Both the position numbers and the translations under genes were made by a program. From assembly GCA_964016885.1 (NCBI GenBank), contig OZ024740.1, forward strand, positions 294,252,001 through 294,316,000: 64,000 nucleotides of DNA. Direction: 5' to 3'. Every line of letters starts with the position of its first letter. Positions within the stretch are counted from its first letter, which is position 1. A model generated the notes under the pieces. The model was not told where the DNA came from. It made no database searches and saw only the letters and a program-made list of their open reading frames with translations. Origin of the DNA: Eledone cirrhosa. Taxonomy: Eukaryota. This document shows, piece by piece, positions 39,274 through 51,496 of the stretch.

Positions 39274-39480
39274 AGCAAGTAGGACCCCGACGGCTGAGCT
39301 CAAGCCGTTTTGACGGCTAATTATGGACTAAATGATTTAGTCCAGAATTAGCTGTCGAAACGGCTTGAGCTCAGCCGTCGGGATCCTACTCGTTCCTATT
39401 ACCCACTCTACTACCCTAAGTATTGAGTACTTTGGTGCGTTATAGTCCATCTGGTTCCTTACCACATTTCCTTTGTTATA
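39061..39480. repeat. Family E in multiple foldback palindromes
   Basis: Arms 39139-39178 and 39183-39222; a second palindrome centred at 39334; outer arms 39061-39178 versus about 39360-39478. Confidence 0.85.
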
Positions 39481-39619
39481 TATATATATATATATATACA
39501 TATACATACATACATATACATACATATATATATATATATACACACACACAGATATATATATACATATATATGTATATATATATACACATATATACACACA
39601 TACGCACATATATATATAT

Positions 39620-40611
39620 GTGGCCGGTGCTCTGGTGTAATAAGTAGCAGCAAGTGCCCACTGAATACTAGCTCATTCCATTGCGCAGAGGGTTCTATAG
39701 AAATAGTGGACACCTTCCGTTACTTGGGTGACAAAATCAGCAGTGGTGGAGGGTGCTCTGAAAGTACAGTAGCTAGAGTCAGAACTGGATGGAAAAAGTT
39801 CCAAGAGCTTATACCACTATTAGCCGCTAAAGGGTTCTCTCTAAAAATGAAAGGCAGGCTGTATGATGCCTGCATACGAACAGCAATGTTACATGGCAGT
39901 GAGACCTGGGCATTGTGTGCAGAGGATATACGCAGACTGCAGAGGAACGAAGCTTGCATGCTCCGCTGGATGTGTAATAGTAATATACGTGAATGGCAAA
40001 GCTAAATGAACTAAGGGAAAAATTAGAAATAAGAGGGATCAGATGTTGTTTGCTCGAGAGAAGACTACATTGGTACGGTCACGTGATGCGCATGAAAGAC
40101 GACAGCTGTATAAAAATGTGCAGGGCAATAAAAATAGACGGTAGCCATGGAGTAGGCAGACCCAGAAAAACCTGGGACGACCAGATAAATTCCGACCTCA
40201 CACACTTACACCTCTCCAAGACAATGTCACTGGACCGAGATCTTTGGCGCTACACAGTAATACAGAAGACCGCCTTACCTAAGTACAAAGTGAAACCTAC
40301 TACAGTCAGTAGGCACCTCTAACAAAAATACACCCCCGTCCCACTACCCCCACCCCATCCACACCACCCCTTTCAATGTAAAGTTATGTTGGTACCACAA
40401 CATCCAGTCCGAAACAAATGTGGCCGTGTAGGTAACACGGTAAAAACCTCCCAGTCCACACTGTAAACGTGGTTGGTGTTAGGAAGGGCATCCAGCCGTA
40501 GAAAACCTGCCAGACAGTCCTACACGAGCAAGACAACCACTCTTGCCTCAAGTGAGAAAACTCCCGTCCAAACCCATGCAAGCGTGGAAGATGGACGTTA
40601 AACGATGATGA

Positions 40612-40615
<4 letters not shown>
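39620..40615 (+). mobile_element. RTE family A-related 3' fragment
   Basis: FRYLGDKISSGGGC...RRLHWYGHVMR; 3' UTR and tail. Confidence 0.9.
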
Positions 40616-40666
<51 letters not shown>

Positions 40667-40729
40667 TATAGATGTATATATAAACATATATACATATATA
40701 TACATATATACATGCACACTTATATATAT

Positions 40730-40766
<37 letters not shown>

Positions 40767-40878
40767 CATATATGTATATATATATACATATATATATACA
40801 CACACACACACATACATACGTACACACAAACATACATATATACACAGGTACACAGGTACACACATATATACATATATA

Positions 40879-40938
<60 letters not shown>

Positions 40939-41269
40939 CACCCACAGATATATATATATACATATATATGTATATATATATACACATATATACACACATA
41001 CGCACATACATACACATACATATATATGGGCATACATGCAGACATACACATACATACATACAGCCACTCATACAAATACGTACATACATACACTCATAAA
41101 TATACATATATACACACATACATCTATAAAAATGAAGTACGCTCTACATGTGGAAAAAGCAGATGGGTAAGAAGTACTTACATAACAATAGTGCCGTGTT
41201 TCGGATCGAGAGGGGGTAGGGGTGGGTAGGAGGTGGAGGGAGTATTTTGTCGAATCTCAGTCAATGAAG

Positions 41270-43673
41270 ATATATTCAACGCCTACGACAGTAAAGAAGA
41301 ACAGATAGAGACATTCAATGTAGAAGAGCACTGGGAGTTCCTAAAAATTAACTTACTACAGGCGACGGATGAGATCTGTGACTGGAGTAAGACCACAGGC
41401 AGGAGGAGAGTGACTTGGTGGTGGAACAATAAGGTAGATGAGGCAGTTAAGGCCAAGAGACAGGCATGGAAAGAATGGAAGAACGGGGGAAGCAGGGTAC
41501 ATTACATAGAGACCAAGAGGGAAGCTAGGTGACAAGTATACTTAGCTAGTAGGGAAGCAGAGGATAGAAAATTCAAGCATATTTTGCAACGTGAGGACCA
41601 GAAACAGGAAGTGTTCAAGATTACGAGGCAGTGTGTCAGAGAGAATTGTGATGTCATTGGAGAGAAGTGTATCCGGAATGATAAAGGTGAGCCTGCCCTC
41701 ACAAGTGCTGAGAAGAAAGATGCATGGAAGAGCCATTATGATAGATTACTAAATGAGGAGAATGCATGGGAAGAAGAGACCCTACCCCAAGTAGACCCTA
41801 TAGAGGGGCCAGCAGTACAAGTCAGCAGCAGCGTAGTAAGTAAGGCAATCAAAGATATGAAGATGGGGAAGGCAACCGGTCCATCGGGTATAGCTGCCGA
41901 GATGCTTAAGGCATCTGGGTCTGTAGGTCACACTATAACCACACGTATTGTTAACCAGGTAATACTAGAAGGTGCCATACCAAAAGATTGGTGCAGTAGC
42001 ATCATTGTCAACTGCTACAAAGGTAAAGGTGATGCACTAGATAGAGGAAACTATAGAGGTATAAAGCTGATGGACCAGGTCATGAAAGTAACAGAAAGAG
42101 TTATAGCACAGTTGATTAGGGACCGGGTGAAACTAGATGAGATGAAATTTGGGTTTGTACCAGGAAGAGGCACCAATGATGCCCTCTTCCTTGTGAGGCA
42201 GTTACAGGAAAAGTACCTAGCTAAAAGTAAGCCACTCTACCTGGCATTCGTCGATCTCGAGAAAGCCTTTGACAGAGTTCCACGTGCTATAATCTGGTGG
42301 GCTCTTAGAAAACTAGGTGTAGATGAATGGCTTGTGAAAGCTGTACAAGCCATGTATAGGGGAGCAGTCAGCAAAGATAGGGTTAGCAATGAGTATAGCG
42401 AGGAATTTAGCAAACAGGTCGGTGTCCACCAGGGCTCTGTTCTTAGCCCTCTCCTGTTCATTATAGTCTTGCAGGCAATAACGGAAGAGTTTAAGACCGG
42501 ATGCCCATAGAAACTCCTATATGCGGATGATCTCGAACTTATAGCTGAATCTATGGTGGAACTAGAGAAGAAATTCCAAACTTGGAAGCAGGGACTAGAA
42601 AGAAAGGGTCTCAAAGTCAACATGACAAAGACTAAGGTCCTTGTAAGTAGATGAGAGAACAGAACCCAGATCCCCTCAGGGAAATGGCCTTGCTCAGTAT
42701 GTAGGAAAGGTGTAGGTAGGAACTCCATTCTCTGCCTCAAGAATGTAGGCTTAACATGTAGCAGCTGTGCTGGGACAGCAAGCAGCAAACAGCCACAGGA
42801 AACAAGTACCACCAATCTCTGGGAGGGCTCTGTAGAAACAGTAGACAGCTTCTGCTACCTAGGTGACCGAATTAGCAGCGGAGGTGGGTGTTCAGAAAGT
42901 ACAATAACTAGGGTAAAAACGGGATGGAAGAAGTTCAGGGAACTACTGCCACTGCTAGCTGCAAAAGGCTTCTCCCTCAAAATGAAAGACAGACTGTATG
43001 ATGCGTGTATCCGACTTACGTAGATTAGAAAGAAACGAAGCCTGCATGCTCCGATGGATGTGTAATAGTAATATACGCGAATGGCAAAGCATACATGAAT
43101 TGAGAGAGAGACTGAGCATAAAAGGAATCAAATGCTGTGTGCAGGAGAGGCGGTTGCGTTGGTATGGACATGTGATGCGTATGAAGGATGACAGCTGCAT
43201 AAAAAGGTGCAGAACACTAGAAGTCAATGGAAACCGTGGAGTGGGAAGACCCAAGAAGACGTGGGATGAGGTGATAAAAGCCGACCTTACCCAATTACAC
43301 CTCTCAAAGGCGATGACACACGACCATGACCTCTGGCATCGCGCAGTAATACAGAGTACCCGACCTCCCATGTGTACAAGCTGAAGCATATAGACAATAT
43401 GCCCCCACACCCTCCCATTGCAAAGTGGTCGTGGAGGTGCCACGGCAAAAAAGCACCCAGCCCACACTGTAGAGTGTAGGCGCCACGGAAAAAAAGCACC
43501 CAGCACTCACTGTAAATGAGGTTGATGTTAGGAAGAGCATCCAGCTGTAGAAATCAAGCCAAAATCAGTTCCTGTATGAGCAAGGCATGGTCAGCCGATC
43601 AGACTGCCCACAACAGGACAACCCGTCTAAACCATACTAGCATGGAAGAACGGACGTAAAAAGGTGATGATGA
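41270..43673 (+). mobile_element. RTE family B, 5'-truncated, with stops and deletions
   Basis: ORFs 41584-42510 and 42998-43384; family B 3' UTR. Confidence 0.92.
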
Positions 43674-43703
43674 TATATGTGTGTGTGTGTGTATGTGCGT
43701 ATA

Positions 43704-43756
<53 letters not shown>

Positions 43757-43844
43757 ATTTATATGTATGTTTGTTGTGTGTGTGCATGCCTGTGTGTGCT
43801 TATGTGTGTATGTGTGTAAGTGGGTGTGTGTGTCAATGTGCTTG

Positions 43845-44350
43845 TTGACACCTGGAATATAAATTAAGAGAAACTTCACAATAAGGGGAAGCACCCCAAT
43901 ACTTAGAACCCTTTCAGCCTTAAAGATTTAGCTTCTAAAGAATTTCCCTTTTCTTTAAACCAATGAACCCCACCCATCCTGTAGACACCTGACTCACAGG
44001 CATTGTTAGTTTAAGAGATAAACAAGGATTGATATTCAAATTTGAATTTGTCTACAGTATATTTTCTGCCTTTGTTAATATTATAGCTCTAAAGAATTAG
44101 CTTTTAAAGAACTCCCTTTTCTTTAAATCCATCAACCAATGACCTCCACCCATCCCAATCCCCACCCTCTCCTACCACCAGAAAAGAAAAAATATAAATA
44201 CCACCACCACACTTACTTGGACAGCCAGCTTCCTGATGATTTCTCACAAATGAAACAGAAGCTCTTCTATATTAAAACATTTATACTCTGCTATGTTTTG
44301 AGTACCTTACTTACTGTGGTTATCCCCGACTCAACCCGGAATAACTTATA
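43845..44350 (+). mobile_element. Repeat family H copy with deletion-broken hammerhead (44227-44263)
   Basis: 43950-44265 is the reverse complement of 19012-19340; 14 nt of stem III are missing. Confidence 0.75.
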
Positions 44351-44483
44351 TATATATATTGCAAGCAGGGAAGAGCGGACATAAATGATGATGATGATGA
44401 TGATGATATATATATATTTATAAGTAGTTCCACAACAGTTAGTTCACCAATATATATATATGTATGTATATATGTATTATATG

Positions 44484-44572
<89 letters not shown>

Positions 44573-44574
44573 TG

Positions 44575-44880
44575 TGTATAAGAGGGATAAGTTATAGTGT
44601 GCGGGAGAGAAGACTGCAATGGTATGGATGTGATGTGCATGGAGGATGACCGCTGGGTAAAGAAGTGCCAAGAAATCCCAGTAGAAGGAAGATGCAGTAG
44701 AGGAAGACCACAAAAACATGGGCGGAGGTGGTGCGAACAGACCTCACATCCCTGAAGCTCATGGAGGAGATGACAAAGGACCATGACAATGGAGAGATGC
44801 TGTGCTGAATAGGACACATCCTACCCTTGCAAGCAGGGAAAAGCAGACGTAAAATGATGATCATGATGATGATGATGATG
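44575..44880 (+). mobile_element. RTE family C 3' fragment, decayed
   Basis: Matches 48300-48593. Confidence 0.85.
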
Positions 44881-44942
44881 ATATATGTATTATAGTAGAA
44901 CACAGATAGGTTATATCTGTAGTTGTAGAGCACTCGGTTTAC

Positions 44943-44985
44943 ACCGAGCTGATGATCCGAATAAGGTGAAACAATTGTTCTCGGT
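44943..44985 (+). ncRNA. Minimal type I hammerhead ribozyme (family J)
   Basis: accgag CUGAUGA u cc gaauaa gg u GAAA caauug UU cucggu; palindromic stem III; predicted cleavage after GUU at 44979. Confidence 0.75.
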
Positions 44986-45090
44986 AATGGTGAACTAATT
45001 GTTGTGGAATTACTTTACCAAATTCGTCCCATGGACTGAGTGCTCTACTACTATGGACCTACCTATGGACCTACCAATTATATATATATA

Positions 45091-45968
45091 CGAGGTGTGT
45101 CAGAAAAGTTCCAGGACTGATGTCACAAAAGATTTATTTCAAACCCAAACTTCACACTAACAATTTTCTCCTTCAAAGTAATCCCCCTGGAGTATGTAAT
45201 TGTAATCTTAGCTCTCTGCAGCGATCAAATTTTTTTCTTCATAATTTTATATACATGTCCTCTGTTTCAGGTCGTCAAGCAATGAGCACAGAGCAACGAA
45301 CAAACTTGAATTTTCTGGTACGGTTGGGGAAAACTTCGTCTGAAGCACTGGGATTGCTGCAGCAAGTGTATGGAGATGATACGATGTCACGCTCACGTGT
45401 TTTTGAGTGGTGCAAGAAGTTTAAAGTAGGACACGAGGATGTGGAAGATGACCCCAGGAGCGGAAGGCCCTCAACAACCAGGACTGATGTCAATGTTGAG
45501 TGCGTCAGGCAGATGGTGCGTAGCGATCGTCGGCTGACTGTTCGACTGATAGCAAATGAGCTGGGCATGAATCCGGACAGCGTCTGCGCGAAGATGGTGC
45601 CAAAACTGGTGAACGATAACCAGAAGGGTCGACGCATGCAAGTGTGCCAGGATATCCTCGAGCATCTTGAAACTGAACCAGACTTTGTAGGGACAGCCAT
45701 CACCAGTGATGAGTCATGGATGCTCAAGGGGATCATCAAGGGGACCCATTTTGAAGACGTGGAAGACATCAAAAAGGCCGTGACGATGGAACTGCGGAGG
45801 ATCCCAGAAGAATTCTTCCAAGAGTGCATGCAAGCATGGCAGAAAAGGATGCAAAAGTGCATTAGACTCTAGGGGGATTACTTTGAAGGAGAAAACTCTT
45901 AGTGTGAAGTTTGGGTTTGAAATAAATCTTTTGTGACATCAGTCCTGGAATTTTTCTGACACACCTCA
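45091..45968 (+). mobile_element. Mariner transposon, internally deleted, with about 98-bp TIRs and TA flanks
   Basis: TIRs at 45091-45188 and 45871-45968. EQRTNL.F...SRSRVFEW..F..G..DVEDDPRSGRP (HTH) and TSDESW are present; most of the DDD domain is deleted. Confidence 0.93.
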
Positions 45969-46049
45969 TATATATATATATATATATATACATATATACA
46001 TACATATATATACACATACATATATATACATACATATATATACACATAC

Positions 46050-46102
<53 letters not shown>

Positions 46103-46109
46103 CATACAG

Positions 46110-48593
46110 AAACCTGCCAATCACCTAATAACCTACAGATCTGGTGAGCACATAAGCCAGATTGACTTCTTACTAGTTAGGCAGCGGGACAGGCAGATAG
46201 TGTCTAATACCAAGGCATACCCTGGGGAAGAATGTACCCCACAGCATAGGTTAGTTGTTAGTGATATCTCAGTAAGCAAGAGATGGAATGAGACATATAG
46301 GAAGGTGTGGAGAAGAAAGGTCTGGAAGCTAAAAGACCTTTCACTAAAATACAAATTTAGGAAAGCCCTTCAAGATGTATATGACGAAAAAGAAGACGAT
46401 TTAGAGACTATGACATAGATAATAACTGGAATTTCTTACGTGACAACTTGCTGCAGGCTACTGATGAAACTTGTGGCTGGAGCAGAGCTCCAACCAGACA
46501 GAGAGTGACCTGGTGGTGGAACAGCACAGTAGATAAGGCTATTAGAGACAAAAGACTAGCATGGAAGGCTTGGAAAAAGGGTGGGAGTAGGGAAGAATAT
46601 ACAGCCACTAAGAGAGAAGCTAGACGTCAGGTGTACTTAGCATGCAGGAAGGCAGAGAGTAGGAGGTTTGCCAATGTTCTGCGATGGGAAGATCAGAGGC
46701 GTGCGGTGTTCCACATTGCAAGGCAGTGTGTCAATGCAAATCAGGATGTTGTTGGAGATAAATGTGTCTGGGATGATGCCGGTGTACTTAGTGTCACGAA
46801 TGATCAGAAAAAGGAGGCCTGGAAATGTCATTATGAGAGACTGATGAATGTGAAGAACAAATGGGAGAGAGAGAAATTACCCTTGGTAGATCCGACAGAG
46901 GGACCAGCTATTGAGATTGACGAATATAGGGTCCAAGAGGCGATTAGGGAAATGAAAAATGGTAAGGCTGCTGGACCATCGGGAATAGTTGCTGAGATGC
47001 TGAAGGCATCAGGGGATGTAGGCACTAAACTGGTTGCACGCATCATCAATCAGGCTATATATGGTGGTGTCATACCCAAAGACTGGTGCAGCAGTATTCG
47101 CATAAATTGCTACAAAGGTAAAGGGGATGCTCTGGAGAGGAGCAATTATAGGGGTATAAAACTGATAGATCAGGTTATGAAAGTGGCAGAAAGGATTTTA
47201 GCACAACTAATTAGAGAAAGGGTCAAACTAGATGAGATGCAGTTTGGTTTTGTGCCTGGGAAGAGTACAACAGATGCCCTCTTCTTGGTGAGACAATTGC
47301 AAGAGAGGTTCTTAGAGAAGAATAAGCCACTATACTTAGCCTTTGTTGACCTAGAGAAGGCCTTTGATAGGGTACCCCGATCTGTCATCTGGTGGTCCCT
47401 AAGGAAGCTAGGTGTTGAGGAATGGCTTGTGAGGACAGTGCAAACTTTGTACAGAGGTACTCTCAGTAAAGTCAGGGTAGGAATGGAGTTTAGTGAGGAA
47501 TTCCAGATACAAGTAGGAGTACATCAGGGTTCAGTCCTCAGCCCACTCTTGTTCATTATAGTCCTCCAAGCCATAACAGAGGAGTTTAAGACTGGCTGTC
47601 CGTGGGAACTTCTCTATGCTGACGATCTGGTTCTTATAGCAGAATCAGTAGAGGAGCTAGAGAATAAATTCTGGCTATGGAAACAGCAGTTGGAAGCAAG
47701 AGGACTGAGAGTGAATCTAGCTAAGACAAAAGTGTTGATGAGTAGAAAAGAGGACAAAACCCTGATTCCGTCAGGGAAATGGCCATGTTCGATATGCAGA
47801 AAAGGAACTGGCATAAATTCTATAAAATGCACACAATGCAGATCCTGGGTACACAAGAGATGTAGCGGGATAGCAGGCAAACTAACAGGTAGGGAGAAAT
47901 ATGTATGCAGTAGATGTACAGGGAAATTAGACAGTAGAAGTCGCATTGATAGACACATTTTTCAGATGCAGGAGGGCGCTATAGAAGTGGTGGATAGCTT
48001 CCGGTACCTAGGAGATCAGATTAGCATGGGAGGAGGGTGTTCCGAGGCCATAGTATCTAGAATAAGGACGGGTTGGAAGAAGTTTAGGCAGCTGCTTCCT
48101 CTGCTGACGAAGAAGGGTTTCTCCCTGCGTACGAAAGGCCGGTTGTATGATGCCTGTGTGAGGAGCGCGATGCTGCATGGTAGTGAGACATGGGCAGCAA
48201 CTGCAGAGGATATGCGACGGCTGGAGAGAAATGAGGCAAGCATGCTCCGTTGGATGTGCAGTGTAAATGTGCGTGAACGACCCAGCATAAATGTCTGAGA
48301 GGGATAGAATGTAGTGTACGGGAGAGGAGACTGAGGTGGTTTGGACATGTGATGCGCATGGAGGATGACCGATGGGTGAAGAAGTGCCAGAAAATGCAAG
48401 TTGAAGGAAGACGTGGTAGAGGTAGACCACGAAAAACATGGGCGGAGGTGATGAGAACAGACCTCAGATCATTGAAGCTCACGGTGGAGATGACGAAGGA
48501 CCGTGATGAGTGGAGAGATGCTGTGTTGAATAAGACCCGTCCCACCCTTGCAAGCAGGGAAAAGCGGACGTAAAATGATGATGATGATGATGA
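46110..48593 (+). mobile_element. RTE family C, 5'-truncated
   Basis: 616-aa RT plus PHD-like ORF at 46448-48298; very short 3' UTR; (GAT)n tail. Confidence 0.94.
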
Positions 48594-49107
48594 TATATAT
48601 ATATATGAATCAAAAATGGCGAGCAATTAAAATTGTTGCAGTTAAGTATAATAAATGACGAATTAGAAATACAAGTGGTCTACTAGCCATCATAGGTATT
48701 TCTTCGCATTACAGACAATATACCCCCAGCTAGGGCGATACAATAACTAAAATAAGTTATTGGGATAAAAAGAGTTGGGTGGAGAAAGAAAGACATGTAA
48801 ACAGACACGAATGGTGAGGCAACGTAAAGAGAGGAAAAAAATGAAAAAATCAAGTCAATAATTCTTTTCGAACATAAGAACGGGCGAATTTTGACAAGAA
48901 GATAAAGACACATCTTGGCCGTGCGGATGTGAGCGAGAAAAAGGATCACGTACGGTGTGGGACAATGGAGGAAGTGAGAGAGAGGGTGAGTAGCAGAGAG
49001 TGAGTGAGTAAAAGTGCGAGGAAGAGGCTAGCTGAGAGAGGGTGACTAGCAGAGGGGGTGAGTGAAAGTAAGAGGGATATACATATATATATATATATAT
49101 ATCGCCT

Positions 49108-49480
49108 TGCCAGTAGGCATCTCTAACATAATACACCCCGTCCCGCCACCACCCCCACCCCATCCACACCACCCCGTTCTATGTAAAGTTATGTTGGTGC
49201 CGCGCCATCCAGGCCGAAACAAATGAGATCGTGTAGGTGTCACGACAAAAAAACACACAGTCCACGCTGTAATGTGGCCGTGTCGGCAACACGGTAAAAA
49301 CCTCCCAGACCCACACTGTAAATGTGGTTGGTGTTAGGAAGGGCATCCAACTGTAGAAAACCTGCCAGACAGTCCTATGCGAGCAAGACAATCACTCTTG
49401 CCTCAAGTGGGACTACCCCCGTCCAAACCCATGCAAGCGTGGAACACGGACGTTAAACGTTGATGATGATGATGATGATG
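49108..49480 (+). mobile_element. RTE family A 3' UTR-only copy
   Basis: Matches 24950-25322. Confidence 0.88.
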
Positions 49481-49481
49481 A

Positions 49482-49518
<37 letters not shown>

Positions 49519-49574
49519 ATATATGTATATATATATATGTATATATATGTATATATATACATATATATATACAT

Positions 49575-50079
49575 ATCATCATCATCATCATCACCATTTT
49601 ACATCCGTTCTACCACGCTAGCATGGGTTAGACGGGTTGTCCTGTTGTGGGCAGTGTCTGGTCGGCTGACCATGCCTTGCTCATACAGGAACTGATTTGG
49701 CTTGATTTCTACAGCTGGATGCCCTTCCTAACACCAACCTCATTTACAGTGAGTGCTGGGTGCTTTTTTGTGGCGCCTACACGTCCACTTTACAGTGTGG
49801 GCTGGGTGCTTTTTTGCCGTGGCACCTCCACGACCACCTTGCAGTGGGGGGTGTGGGGGCATATTGTCTATATGCTTCAGCTTGTACCCATGGGAGGTTG
49901 GGTACTCTGTATTACTGCGTGACGCCAGAGGTCACGGTCGTGTGTCATCGCCTTTGAGAGGTGTAATTGGGTAAGGTCGGCTTTTATCACCTCATCCCAG
50001 GTCAACTTGGGTCTCCCCACTCCGCGGTTTCCATCGACTTCTAATGCTCTGCACCTTTTTATGCAACTGTCATCCTTCA
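49575..50079 (-). mobile_element. RTE family B 3' fragment
   Basis: KDDSCIKRCRALEVDG...; family B 3' UTR. Confidence 0.9.
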
Positions 50080-50217
50080 CAAGAGACAGAATATGACTTC
50101 AGAGGTTCAAACCTTGTTTTTTCTCAATCGTTTTATTTTATTTCCCCTTATTCCTGTTTTATCATGTCCAGAGTCCCATGTGAACCAGAAATATAGATGT
50201 TGTCATTGTCGTCGAAA

Positions 50218-50607
50218 TCTAGATAGTATTTGTAGATTAAAGAGAGATGATATCTAGGTAGTATTTGTAGACTAAAGAGAGATGATATCTAGGTAGTATT
50301 TGTAGACTAAGGAAAGAGGGGATATCTATGTAGTATTTGTAGACTGGGGAGAGGTGATATTTAGGTAGTATTTGTAGACTGAAGAGAGGTGATATCTAAG
50401 TAGTATTTGTAGACTGAGAAAGGTGATATCTAGATAGTATTTGTAGACAAAGGAGCTGTGGATATTTATGTAGTATTTGTAGATTGGGGAGAGGTGATAT
50501 CTAGGAAGTATTTGTAGACTGAAGAGAGGTGATATCTAGGTAGTATTTGTAGACTAAAGACATGATATCTAGATAGTATTTGTATATCACCTCTCCTCAC
50601 TCTACAA
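50218..50607. repeat. 35-bp minisatellite, same family as 17425-17852, opposite strand
   Basis: gatatctaggtagtatttgtagactgaagagaggt repeats; ends in one inverted partial unit. Confidence 0.9.
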
Positions 50608-50644
50608 GCCTACTGTTGAAAAAATGTAAATAATTTTCAAGTGT

Positions 50645-50680
<36 letters not shown>

Positions 50681-51254
50681 TAAATATATATATATATATA
50701 AGGTATTTATCCGCGGAGGTTACATTGTAATACCAGTAATAAACGCAAGAGTAAAGATGACCAGAAATGGTCTAGGTTCTTTCAGTCTGCCACTCTAGCA
50801 TCTCACTTCCATCTTGGTTCACTTCACTTTACTTATTTACTTATTATGTTCCATTTTCTTTTTTTTTTACTATTCATTTATTTACTTTGGTTTTGTTTTT
50901 ACTTTGGTCACTTTTATTCGGAATCTTTATTTTAATCCTTTATATATTTCTTTATTTCTTTTCTTTTTTTATATTTTTTATCTTTAATTTCTTATCTTTC
51001 ATCTATTTTATATTTTTTGTTATTTTATTTTCTTATTTGTTTCTTATCCTTTTCATTTCATTTTCATTTCATTTTACGTCCACTTTTCCCTGCTTGCAAG
51101 GGTGGGATGGGAACTGATTCTGGCTTGATTTCTACAGCTGGATGCCCTTCCTAACACCAACCTCATTTACAGTGAGTGCTTTAAATATTACTATTATTTA
51201 TTTTTCATCTTTTATTTACAGTCTATCTGTATTGGACTATCATTAATAGCATGG

Positions 51255-51495
51255 TTTTGTGGATTGCCAGAATCGATAGAGAGTGGGACAACATGCTTTG
51301 CAGCATAGAGTTACGGCCCTTTGCGTTCTGAGTTCAAATCCTGCCGAAGTTAGTTTTGCCTTTCACTCCTACGGGGCTGATAAAATAAAGTACCAGTAAT
51401 GCACTAGGGGCAATTTAATCAACTTTCCCCTTCCCTTCAAATTGCTGGCCTTATGCCAAATGTAGAAACAAGTAGTATTATTATTATTATTATTA
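51255..51495 (+). mobile_element. SINE family S2, near full length, with (ATT)n tail
   Basis: ttctgagttcaaatcctgccga...gataaaataaagtaccag...attgctggccttatgccaaatgtagaaac. Confidence 0.85.
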
Positions 51496-51496
51496 G

